Positions 28,626 to 38,462 of a stretch of DNA of 52,002 nt are shown piece after piece. The DNA is taken from the IMG/VR virus record IMGVR_UViG_3300029610_000240. One strand, written 5' to 3'. The position numbers and the translations under genes are program-made. The notes under the pieces are model-generated. The model saw only the letters and a program-made list of their open reading frames with translations. It was not told the DNA's origin and did not search any database. How positions within the stretch are numbered: the first letter of the stretch is position 1; every line of letters starts with the position of its first letter. Origin of the DNA: a virus. Taxonomy: Duplodnaviria; Heunggongvirae; Uroviricota; Caudoviricetes.

Positions 28626-29564
28626 ATGAAAAAAGATAATATAAAGCAAAATTTCCGTAAACCGGTTGGACGTGATCTGGAAATCGTATCAGAAGATATG
28701 CTGAAAGAGAAAGATGTGACAGGGAACATCATTGGATATGACAAGTTATATAATCTCATTATCTTACAGAGGAAGAATGGAAATTTATATGTTGAAAGTG
28801 GAGCGGGGAAAAATCCGATTTATGATTTTGAGAGAAATCTGATTTATCAAAGTGTAAGAAGGGAAGATTCCATTGTGATCACTGATCCGGAAAGAGAAAT
28901 CTGCACAGAACAAATGCAAGATTATCTAATGAAGCATGGATATGCTATTAAAATCTACAATGCGGAAAGTATGAGAAAAATACAGGATATGATATCTGTA
29001 GATTCTCTTACAAAAGAAAAAACAATCTGGTTTATCGTTACCAGACAATATCATAAGGATCAGTCCGTATTTCGTACATTTATGGGAAATTTGTATAAAT
29101 CTCTGATCATATCTGCTGAAAATGCAAAAATGCGAAGCAATATTCAAATGATTCTTTTTGGATATCCGATGTATGGAAGAATTGAAGGAATTCTTGAATA
29201 TATGGAACATGGAAAAGCAGCAGGGATTTATACGGCTATATGTACGAAAGACTGGATAATGCGTGGCCCGGCAGATAGAGAATGGTTGAAAATCAAAAAG
29301 GACAATGAAAAGTACAAAATATGTCGAAACAGTGACATTACCATGTATGTTGGATTACGTGGATTTTTTGATATTGATGATGGTGAGAGTGATCCATGGA
29401 AGGATAAGACATACGAAGATTTTTATATTGGCGGCTATTTTGTTTCAAGATATGAGCAAGATGCTGGTATTTATTATAAGAATTCCAAAGGCGAAAAAGT
29501 AGAAGATGCCGGATGTAATCAATATATGTCTAAAAAGAATCCCTACAGAATGCAGGAAGCATGA
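28626..29564 (+). CDS. Degenerate, internally shortened VirD4-like protein
   Basis: GNIIGY, RNLIYQSVRREDSIVITDPERE and IQMILFGYP motifs; helical middle region absent. Confidence 0.7.
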   Translation: MKKDNIKQNFRKPVGRDLEIVSEDMLKEKDVTGNIIGYDKLYNLIILQRKNGNLYVESGAGKNPIYDFERNLIYQSVRREDSIVITDPEREICTEQMQDYLMKHGYAIKIYNAESMRKIQDMISVDSLTKEKTIWFIVTRQYHKDQSVFRTFMGNLYKSLIISAENAKMRSNIQMILFGYPMYGRIEGILEYMEHGKAAGIYTAICTKDWIMRGPADREWLKIKKDNEKYKICRNSDITMYVGLRGFFDIDDGESDPWKDKTYEDFYIGGYFVSRYEQDAGIYYKNSKGEKVEDAGCNQYMSKKNPYRMQEA

Positions 29565-29616
29565 TTTAGTGATCATCGAACTTAAGAAGACAGCAGAATT
29601 CAGAAAGGAATTAGAA

Positions 29617-30000
29617 ATGTTAAGTAATAAGGTAAAAAAAATAATGAATTTGGGTCCACACTTCCATATCTGTGATGTATCTGAAATCACAGAAGATCAT
29701 ATCCATTTGGAAAGTTGGAACCAGGATATTAAAAAAGAAGAATTCATTGAGATTGCACAGTTGATCGAAACGGATGGATATGACGTTGAAGGATTTGAGT
29801 TGATCGAGATTCCACATCCGAAAGTCTTTTGTTTCGCTAACTACGAAAAAGAAGAATATTTCGATGTTATAAAGTTGAATGGCAAATGGCAGTTTTCTTA
29901 TTTAGGATATGCCAAAGATGATGGTAATTCTAAAACTTTGGCTAATTTTTCAGCAACTTCCATTACAGAGGCTGTTGAGAAGTATCTGGAGTCTTGGTAA
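29617..30000 (+). CDS. Hypothetical protein homologous to the C-terminal domain of ORF 24285
   Basis: Shared DGYD.EGF.L.E.PHP.V.CF.N..FDV..W.FSYLGY..SI.EA.EKY motif. Confidence 0.7.
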   Translation: MLSNKVKKIMNLGPHFHICDVSEITEDHIHLESWNQDIKKEEFIEIAQLIETDGYDVEGFELIEIPHPKVFCFANYEKEEYFDVIKLNGKWQFSYLGYAKDDGNSKTLANFSATSITEAVEKYLESW

Positions 30001-30105
30001 TGTTAACTATCAATTTATAAAAATGAATGATAAAGAACAGTTATAAAATATGCAGGCAAAAACCAGTGGTTTGTCATGGGTTCAGTTAGAAAGAGAGGTA
30101 ACATA

Positions 30106-30705
30106 ATGCATGGTGAAGAAGTGATAAATGAGTTAGGTGAAGAAATATCCAAAGGAAAAGGATGTATCGTGTTTGATTTTGCATGTTATTTTCCATATGT
30201 GCAGCAAAATCTTCTCATATTTAACTTCAACTTAGGGAAGAAAGAATTGGAACCATATAAACATAATCATCGATATCCAAATAAAGATTATGTGACAATA
30301 TCTAAGAAAATGGGAAGAAGAGTGAGTAGAATCGGGTATCCAGTTTTTGTGAATCTTAATGAAGAGTATTTCTTTATACTTGAAATCGAAGTTGGAATAA
30401 AGGACTATAAAACAGCAAAACTTGGTTTTCCTGTAATTGTAAAGCTTACAGAGGAAAAACCTGTATGCAACCTGGGATTTCGTTTCGATTTCGATGCAGC
30501 AACATTTCAATTTGAAAGCTATTATGAGCATGAAAATGATGGTATCATCGGACATAGACATACAATTTGGACCAATAAGAAGGATCATAATATTGAAAAT
30601 GCAATCGTTGTAACACCTCTAATTCAAGACTATTCGAAGAATGGTGTATATGTAGCAGAAGTATTAACTCCGCATCCACAAACATTTGAACATTTTATGT
30701 GTTGA
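30106..30705 (+). CDS. Hypothetical protein
   Basis: GAGAGG RBS; about 199 aa. Confidence 0.7.
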   Translation: MHGEEVINELGEEISKGKGCIVFDFACYFPYVQQNLLIFNFNLGKKELEPYKHNHRYPNKDYVTISKKMGRRVSRIGYPVFVNLNEEYFFILEIEVGIKDYKTAKLGFPVIVKLTEEKPVCNLGFRFDFDAATFQFESYYEHENDGIIGHRHTIWTNKKDHNIENAIVVTPLIQDYSKNGVYVAEVLTPHPQTFEHFMC

Positions 30706-30787
30706 GAAAAAATAAAAAGGCTTGGAAAATCATTCCGAGTCTTTTTTGTATATGTAATTTTCATGAAGTAGTAAAGGAGACAGCAGA

Positions 30788-32290
30788 ATGGATAATAAGA
30801 TTATTATATCAAAATCAAAGTTGATAAAGAGTTTAAACTTTTCCGAACCCAATAGGCTTATTTTAGGAACACCTGGTGAAGGACAACCTATACATTGGAA
30901 ACGTGAAATAATAATGGATGAATATGCCAATATCGGGGTTGCAACAATTTCAGATAACGATAAATGGATAGTAATAAACAGCGATTCCAACGAGCTTGCT
31001 TTTGTACCAAAAGATGAAAACGATACGGAACTTGTGATCTGCAAAAATGTTTGTTTGAAAAAAGACGGAGAAGATACTCATGTTCTATTGATTTTTCAAA
31101 AAAGTGGTGAATTATTGTCTAAGGCAAGAAAATATATTAAAAGTAATAATGATAGGTTTTATAATTTAGCATTGGATCTGCTGCCAGGTGTAAAAGAGCA
31201 AATCAATCAAGAAAGTGATATGGAAGTGCAGCAGTTGATCAATAAGATTTTGCAAGTGGAATCCGAAGAAGAATTGTCTTTATATGATCGAATAATCGCA
31301 AGATTACTTCAAAGTATAATCCTTTATTTCTTGGAAACAGGAAGAAACGATGGACTGGCAATCAGGATATTAGACACATTGCTGATAAAAGATGTAGATG
31401 TAATGAATCTATCATTTATAGGGTTTAAAAATGACAGCGAAGCAATGAAACAATGGAATGTTCTGACTGAAACATTAGATCGTCATATGCTGAAAAGTAT
31501 ATGGGATAATGCTACCAAGTATGCTTTAGAATATATGATAAAGAATGTAATGAAATTGGAACAATATAAAAAAGAACATACCGTATTATATATAACTGGT
31601 CCGGAAATGAGTTCAGATCTTTATATGTGGTTATGTACGATTATGACAATGGATAAATTTATACAGGGATGGGAAGATTGTCCTAACTATTCTGAATATC
31701 ACGAATATTTAAGAGAAAGATTCTCAAAAAGAAAGAAAAATGACCCATTATCTTGTTTTCTTAAATCTGAGAATATCAGGATCGAACATATTGTTTTTGC
31801 GGATCAGATGAAAAATGCAGATCGTCATGTTTCAGAACAGACTATCAATAAACTGATAAAGAATATGAAAGATACCATTTGGGAAGATTTATTGGATGAT
31901 TGGGTAATTTGGAAAGTTTGTGATTTTGAAAATTATAAAGGGATTGCTAATGCGAGATATTCTTGTAAGAAAATAGGATTTAGTAAATACATCGCATCGA
32001 TCAGGAAAGAAAATTTACAGGAAAAACAGGAAAGAATCGCCAACATGATAAGCATAAAAGAAGAGAAGAAAATAAGAGAAAGTGCAGATACTTTTAATCA
32101 ATATGTTGGATGTGAAGACATACTTTTAATACGAACATCTGTACCATTTCCTTATATGCGTTATTATGTGCATGAATTAAAACAACATGCAGTGATTGTT
32201 GAAGCTAAGCCAGATTTCTTTAATTATTTATATTATATGGATATCTATATTAAAATAAAAAGTATCGATGAAGGAAATTGTGAATGCTGA
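30788..32290 (+). CDS. Hypothetical protein, possibly a highly degenerate VirD4-like remnant
   Basis: AAGGAG RBS; NRLILGTPGEGQ resembles a broken Walker A. Confidence 0.6.
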   Translation: MDNKIIISKSKLIKSLNFSEPNRLILGTPGEGQPIHWKREIIMDEYANIGVATISDNDKWIVINSDSNELAFVPKDENDTELVICKNVCLKKDGEDTHVLLIFQKSGELLSKARKYIKSNNDRFYNLALDLLPGVKEQINQESDMEVQQLINKILQVESEEELSLYDRIIARLLQSIILYFLETGRNDGLAIRILDTLLIKDVDVMNLSFIGFKNDSEAMKQWNVLTETLDRHMLKSIWDNATKYALEYMIKNVMKLEQYKKEHTVLYITGPEMSSDLYMWLCTIMTMDKFIQGWEDCPNYSEYHEYLRERFSKRKKNDPLSCFLKSENIRIEHIVFADQMKNADRHVSEQTINKLIKNMKDTIWEDLLDDWVIWKVCDFENYKGIANARYSCKKIGFSKYIASIRKENLQEKQERIANMISIKEEKKIRESADTFNQYVGCEDILLIRTSVPFPYMRYYVHELKQHAVIVEAKPDFFNYLYYMDIYIKIKSIDEGNCEC

Positions 32291-32499
32291 AAAAGATGTT
32301 ATTAATTAAACAAAATAAATCATAAAAAGTTTTCTGCATTTTATGTGTAATTTGTGCTATAAACATATGTTTGTTATAATTGTAGTAGTTAATTACAATT
32401 TTCATATTATGTGCATTAAGGATGGAAAGGAGAAGTGTATTTCAAATGTTGTAGCTATAAATTTACACACTCAAAAATTGATTGTTAAGGAAAGAAAAA

Positions 32500-33048
32500 A
32501 TGAATGAACATGTAAAAAAACGAGAAGCAACTATTAACCCTGAAATATTACCAGAAAAATTAAGTGTGATCATAAAAGATGAAGATGGAAATCTGTATGA
32601 ATCTACAAAAGATAATCTGAGACAAAAAGGATATATAATTAAAGAATTAGATTTTAAAAAATTCATAAATTCTGATACTGATATTCAAAGACAGATTGAA
32701 GATATAAAAACGATTCGATCAGAAATATTAGAAAACGCTACTGCAGAAATTGAGAGTATTGATTTTTTGCAAAGGGCAAGTGATAATTTAAAAAGCGAAG
32801 AAAATCCGAATGAAGAACAGATTGAAATGTTACTTCCATCACTTCTTTTATTACACATGGAAATGAGTAACTACTTAAGAGAGGAAGCGGAATGGTCACA
32901 ATTATTAAATAACAAAACTGCTTTATACGTAATAGGTCGAACTTGTGATCATGGAGAATATTCTGTATTGTATGCAATATTAAGTACATATTACGAAATG
33001 ATAATGAAAAATCATATCGTGTTTATTACAGATGGTAACATTAAATAG
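32500..33048 (+). CDS. Hypothetical protein with a VirD4-like fragment
   Basis: SVIIKDEDGNLYE..L..KGY.IK.LDF resembles the VirD4 S.I.TDPKGE..GY segment. Confidence 0.55.
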   Translation: MNEHVKKREATINPEILPEKLSVIIKDEDGNLYESTKDNLRQKGYIIKELDFKKFINSDTDIQRQIEDIKTIRSEILENATAEIESIDFLQRASDNLKSEENPNEEQIEMLLPSLLLLHMEMSNYLREEAEWSQLLNNKTALYVIGRTCDHGEYSVLYAILSTYYEMIMKNHIVFITDGNIK

Positions 33049-33062
33049 CATATAATAGAAAT

Positions 33063-33110
33063 AAAAACAAGGAACAATTTATCCACCGAGGAGTTGTTCC
33101 TTGTTTTTTT
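33063..33110. terminator. Intrinsic terminator
   Basis: aaaaacaaggaacaat..gttgttccttgttttttt. Confidence 0.75.
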
Positions 33111-33416
33111 ACAAGATAAATGTCTAAGAATTACAGTTATCATCTAAAACAGCGATTACTTAATATTATAATATAATTTAAATAAAAAAAAACTTGGTTT
33201 ATAAAACATAATTTTTTATTGCAAAAGGAGATAAACTTAATCATTATTTCTAGCAGTGATCATTTTTGATCGCTGCTTTTTTCTTTGTCCAAATTTAAAG
33301 AACAAGTCCGTGTCAGAGACGGAAGTTCCGGTCGGAACAGCAACTAATCAATCGAAGGTTCCATGGAAGGAGGTCTAAAAGAATCTTCACAGGAACAGAA
33401 AGGAAGGACAAAGAAC

Positions 33417-34785
33417 ATGAAATTTAATGATCAAAAAGAAGTGGAGATCAAAAGTACAAAGAAAAAGGAGGAAAAATCAGAAGAAAAGAAAAAGTTGGCA
33501 GCAGGAGATGTTAAAGATGCTCTTGTTGGCGGTGTGAAAGGATTTTATACCGTAAAAGACAAAAAATTACGGAGAAAAAGAATCCTTCTCACAATAGGAG
33601 AATTGTTTCTGGTCTATATATCAGGAATGATCAGTGTGAGTTATCAACCGGCGAAGCTGTTTGGAGAAAAAGATTACAGTTTTTTTAATTGTATTGGATC
33701 ATTTTTCTCATTTGTGGGAATCGCAATCTTCATCTTGTCTAATGTAGTGGCATATTTTGCGTTCCACTGGTTTCTTGAAAAATCAGGGCGTGGAGAAGAT
33801 TATCGGATCAGTAAGAACGGAACTTACGGAACAGCAAAGTTATTAAATGACACAGAAGATGAAGCAGAAGCTTTAAAGAGGATTCCTATCGATCAGCTGA
33901 ATGATCCGGAGATCGATGGAAACATTCTTGGATACATGGAAGATACGAAAGAAGTCATTGTGAAGGATGTTCATGGAAATGCTAACCGAAACATCGCGGT
34001 ATGCGGAGGCCCTGGTACCGGTAAATCACGTACTCTGGTACGTAACATCATCTTCCAGTGTGTAAGACGTGGAGAGTCTATCTTTATCACGGACCCTAAA
34101 GGTGAAATGGCCGAAAGTATGGCAAAGTATCTGAAAAAGAATGATTATATCGTAAAATACTATAATCTAAAGAACTTTGAAGCTTCTGATTCCTTCAACT
34201 GTTTGCAGGGACTGAATAACGAAGAGGGACATGCTTTTATTAATGTACTTGCTGATATTATCATGAAGAATACAGCAAGTATGTCCGGATCTGGTGGAAA
34301 CGCAAATGCGGCACTGAATCTTTTGATTGCATTGATGCTGTTCGTTGTAACAGAATTACCGGAAGAAAACCAGAACATGGTAGAACTCTATAATCTGATC
34401 ACGTTAACAAATCCAAAAGTATTGGATGCGATCTTTGATGGATTGGATGCAACACATCCAGCAAAGAAACCATATCTGATCTATGCTCAGTCTTCTGAAA
34501 ACTTCCGTTCCAATATTACAGCAGACGTTGCAACAAGACTGTTAGTATATGCTCAGGAAGGTGTTCAAAGTATTTCAATTCACGATGAGATCGATCTGAC
34601 ATTACCAGGAACAAAAAAATGTGCTTACTTTATCATTACACCGGATCAGAACTCTGCGTATGATTTCATGGCTTCATTATTTCAAGCGGTCGCTTATAAT
34701 AAGCTCGTCAAATATGCAGATGATAAAGCAGAAGGTGGAATCTTACCAGTCAAAGTGCAGATGTTGTTAGATGAATTCCCAAATA
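33417..34785 (+). CDS. virD4: VirD4/TraG type IV coupling protein, exon 1
   Basis: Two TMs, GTYGTA, Walker A GGPGTGKS, TDPKGE, ending at Walker B LLDEFPN just before the intron start GTGTG. Confidence 0.9.
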
Positions 34786-35566
34786 GTGTGACGTGTTCCG
34801 CATCACAAAACGGTAGCAATAACCGACAAAAATGCGGCGTAATTGTATTTATTCAATATAAATCCGATTGCGAACTATATAACCAATTGTTTCAAATGAT
34901 GGGGTAACGCCCGGAAGGGAACACGCTAAACCTTCGAATAGCGTCAAGTGATGTAGACATTTGAGGTTATAAGCTCGGAGAAGTCATATGAAGTATACCC
35001 TAACGTACAGACGAGGAAACATTTCCAGAGGTGGAGATTGTGTACGACAGTGTGGGCGGGGTTTTCCTATGGTTAGAATGACTTATGATAGTCTGACAAA
35101 GTTTCGAATGTACGGCTCTATAGGAATGACCTGTAGAAATGCAGGAGCATCAGATCAAATGATGTGTGTGCGAGGAAGAGTAAAATTTGTTTGTGCTGAA
35201 ATTCCTTGTATGTTTACAGGACATACGTTTCATAAGAAATGCACACAGGGTTAAAGAAACGACCTAAGGGAAAACAATGCTAGGTTATATGGAACACGGA
35301 AAGCTGCGGACAAGAGAACTGGCTATACAGTGAAAAAGTATCTTGGTTATGACGAAAGGCAGCAAATGAAACTGCTGCTATAAGTATATTTATCGTAGTG
35401 AGAGCAGAGGCACAGTACCGATGAAACAGTGATAACAAGCTGCGGAGGGATAGCCTCAAGCCGGTATAAATAATATCGGTGGAACGCCGTATGACGGGAA
35501 ACTGTCATGTACGGTGCGGGCCAGGGGAAAAATCCGAGATATTATCAGAGATTTACCTATTGGCAT
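34786..35566 (+). mobile_element. ORF-less group II intron (781 nt; class B-like 3' end)
   Basis: 5' GTGTG; domain V GAACGCCGTATGACGGGAAACTGTCATGTACGGTGC (about 35482-35517); domain VI ending ..TTACCTATTGGCAT; removal restores the virD4 frame. Confidence 0.92.
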
Positions 35567-36453
35567 TTGGAGAAATCCCAGATTTTGGAAAGAAAATTTC
35601 AACAGTCCGAAGTCGTGGTATTGCAACAACCATTATCTTTCAGGCAATCACGCAGATGCAGAACCGATATCCGAATGGATTATGGGAAGAGATTCTTGCA
35701 GCCTGTGATACAAGCCTGTTCTTAGGATGTAATGACGAAACCAGTGCGAAATATTATTCTGAAAAGAGTGGTATTTCGACTATTGAAGTTGGTACAGAAC
35801 AGAGATCCTTAAAAACGCTTCGAATCACGGATTACACACCAGAAGTACGTCAATCAGAAGGAGAAGGAAAGCGTTACGTGAATAATCCAGATGAATTACA
35901 GCGATTCAAATATAAAGATGAATTGATCTTCTGCAAAGGATTTAATGTATTCCGTTGTAATAAGTTTGATTATGAGCTTCATCCAGAAGCAAAGAAGTTA
36001 GAATATGAGAAAGCAATTGAGCATGTGCCGGAATGGAGAAAGAGAGAAGAACCATACCAGCTGTATGTTCTAAGATATATTCCTGGTACAGAAGCATTTG
36101 ACCGAAAAGCATTTGCTGCAGCTACTGGAGATAACAAAGAACATACGATGAGCAGTTCTACATCAAAAGGAGCAAAAAAGAATACGATTAATAAACCGCC
36201 TAAAAATAAGAAGAGCAAGAGAGGTTCCTCTTGGGCAAATGGCATTAGTGGCCAGCAGCAGATGAATTACAATTTAGACAAATCAGATGAAACAGAAGAA
36301 GTTACACCAACAATCTCAGATTCTGAAAATGATGCTATAAATACAAATGTTGATTTTAACGAGGCTGAAAATGGTGCAGAAAATGTAAATGATCAGACTC
36401 CAGATTTCGAGGATACTTCTGTAGAAGAAATGATGAATCAATATGGTTTGTAG
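35567..36453 (+). CDS. virD4: VirD4/TraG type IV coupling protein, exon 2
   Basis: (I)GEIPDF..ISTVRSRGI..QAITQMQNRY..CDT.LFLGCND motifs; spliced product 751 aa. Confidence 0.9.
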
Positions 36454-36469
36454 AATGTATTTCATGTAT

Positions 36470-36745
36470 GTCAACTACCCACCACCTAAAGGTAGTGGAC
36501 TTGTAACTGCCCAGTCGTAGTGACGGCGTAAGCCTCCGACCTTTAACCCCGATAAGTATTGCTACTTAAAGTGGCGTTACATCATAGTACTGAAAGAAGA
36601 AAATCTTTTGGTCTGACGGCTATTTTGCTTGCAGCATAGGCGAAGTATCGTCAGCAACTATACAAAAGTACATCCAAAACCAAGGTTAATAGTTGTAAAT
36701 TCATAAGACTCCTTCCACCTCCAAAGGGAAGTGGAAGGAGCCATG
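36470..36745. mobile_element. Non-autonomous IS200/IS605-type remnant with terminal hairpins
   Basis: One end GTCAACTACCCACCACCTAAAGGTAGTGGACTTG; other end hairpin CTCCTTCCAC..GTGGAAGGAG; no transposase, TnpB or IscB ORF. Confidence 0.6.
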
Positions 36746-36967
36746 ACAAACGAAAGGATTTTAATTATGAACATAATCGGGGCTGAGAAATCAGCCCTAT
36801 TTTAAAATATACACAGCCCTCTTAAAAATGTGGGGGTATTACATAAAAATGGAACAAAATTTTTAAAAAATAAGAAAAAAGTTGCAAAAAATGTGTATCA
36901 TGTTTATAATTATATATATCAAAAGAATATGTGCGTCAAAAACACATAGAAAAATGGAAGATAGGAG

Positions 36968-37534
36968 TTGTTAATTATGCCACCTGAAAAAGAGCAAGCA
37001 GTTCTCGTGCAACAAACGACTCAGAAAAAAGAATCAAACAAAAAGAAATCAAAGGATAAGAAAGATAAGTTGTTTCATGATACAAAGAAATTCTTACAAA
37101 GTTATCGAAGATTGGAATTATCCTTGAAATATTCTAAGGCGATGCAAACGAAACGTTTGGCCGCGAATGATATGAGTTTTGAATGGGAACTGCGAGATGA
37201 CGAAATAGAATTTAATGATATGGTTTTGCAAGAAGCCATTTCAGCACTGCATTGTCTAAAACAGATGCCGGAGATGGGACGTGTATGGTATCATTTGCTA
37301 CAAATGAAATATTTTGACGTTAGACCCTACAAAATGTCAGACGATGCGATCATCACAGCATTGCAAGAAGCTGGGTTATTTTCTGATATTTCTAAAACGA
37401 CATTTTACAGATATCAAAAGAGTGCAATTCGTATGTATGGAGAAATTCTTTGGGGATCTCTCGATAAGAATTCTTCGGTATATAAGAAATTTGTAAAAAT
37501 GATACATTCTCATGATCTTGAGAAACAGATATAG
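36968..37534 (+). CDS. Putative ArpU/sigma region 4-like transcriptional regulator
   Basis: LLQMKYF..I..L..ISKTTFYRYQKSAI..LWG C-terminal HTH pattern. Confidence 0.6.
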   Translation: MLIMPPEKEQAVLVQQTTQKKESNKKKSKDKKDKLFHDTKKFLQSYRRLELSLKYSKAMQTKRLAANDMSFEWELRDDEIEFNDMVLQEAISALHCLKQMPEMGRVWYHLLQMKYFDVRPYKMSDDAIITALQEAGLFSDISKTTFYRYQKSAIRMYGEILWGSLDKNSSVYKKFVKMIHSHDLEKQI

Positions 37535-37539
37535 GTAAA

Positions 37540-37697
37540 TATGTAAACTATATGATTCCAGTGGAACTATTTAATCATGATATAATTAACACTGGATTTT
37601 AGGACGATGTAAAGTGATATGATTACCAGTGGTAAAAGTTGTTGACCATTCAAAAACCGACGTTTTAGAACAAAGTAAAAACATATGATTCCAATGG
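37540..37697 (+). CRISPR. Degenerate type II-A-like mini-array A (partial repeat, 2 spacers, 2 repeats)
   Basis: Repeats end at 37564 (partial), span 37596-37632 and span 37662-37697 (GTTTTAGAACAAAGTAAAAACATATGATTCCAATGG); spacers about 31 and 29 nt. Confidence 0.7.
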
Positions 37698-37771
37698 GTC
37701 AAATTACATAGTGCGTAAAAATAAGAGAATAATCGAAATAACCTACAAAGGTAGGATCTGCAGTGTGGCAG
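37698..37771 (+). ncRNA. tracrRNA-like module A
   Basis: TTACATAGTGCGTAAAAATAAG anti-repeat and nexus; hairpins CCTAC-AAAG-GTAGG and CTGC..GCAG. Confidence 0.7.
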
Positions 37772-37807
37772 AAAATAACAATGAAAAAAGAAAGAGTGTG
37801 AGATACA

Positions 37808-38130
37808 TGCTTTTTAAACGATATAAATATTTAGAATTAGAAAAAACAGATATCGGAAATGATGAGCATAATTATTATGAAACGGTCTGGTATATCCGTG
37901 CTTATAATAATAAACGTGCTTATGATAATCGAAATAACACAGAAACATCAAAGAGTCTTGACAGTAATGGTAAGAAAAAAGAAAAAAAGAAATCGCGGAT
38001 TATTGTAAAGATAATTCGAGATTCTTATGGTAATGTGACAAGGGTATTTGTAGAACCTAAAGCAAAAAAGAAAAAAGAAGTTGTCGATATGGCAGCAGCG
38101 GCATATCAGTCATTGCTTGCAATGGAATGA
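37808..38130 (+). CDS. Hypothetical basic protein
   Basis: Lys-rich ORF between cassettes A and B; start uncertain because the longer version overlaps the tracr-like RNA. Confidence 0.4.
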
Positions 38131-38210
38131 TTGTCAGCCGGAAAGTAATGATATTTACTGTAGGATTTTAAAATTGTGTAACGAGAATGTCTTTAAATAT
38201 CAAGTACAAG

Positions 38211-38356
38211 AGATGATTCCAATGGTCATACATTTATGGTAAGACGGGTGCGGGGTTTTGGAACAGTGTAAAATTAGATGATTCCAGTGGCCCATTCAGC
38301 GAGAGAAATTCCAACATTATGTTTTGGAACAGTGTAAAATTAGATGATTCCAGTGG
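38211..38356 (+). CRISPR. Type II-A-like mini-array B
   Basis: Identical 36-nt repeats GTTTTGGAACAGTGTAAAATTAGATGATTCCAGTGG at 38255-38290 and 38321-38356; partial repeat ending 38225; spacers 29 and 30 nt. Confidence 0.85.
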
Positions 38357-38429
38357 GTTAAATTACACAGCGAGTAAAAATAAGAAATAATCGAAACAAC
38401 CTACAAAGGTAGGATCTGCCGAGTGGCAG
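38357..38429 (+). ncRNA. tracrRNA-like module B
   Basis: TTACACAGCGAGTAAAAATAAG..TCG; hairpins CCTAC-AAAG-GTAGG and CTGCC-GAGT-GGCAG; same layout as Streptococcus II-A tracrRNA 3' ends. Confidence 0.8.
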
Positions 38430-38462
38430 TAGTGGAAATAATAGTTAGAGAGGAGTTGTAAA

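Noticed and set aside
34786..34907. C-terminal extension of ORF 33363..34907 (SVTCSASQ...)
   Set aside because: Read-through into the group II intron; VirD4 similarity stops at LLDEFPN
34988..35254. 88-aa ORF inside the intron as a possible maturase
   Set aside because: No RT/YADD or maturase motifs; lies within structured ribozyme sequence
35479..35566. N-terminus of ORF 35479..36453 as an independent gene start
   Set aside because: Corresponds to intron domains V-VI; true coding resumes at 35567
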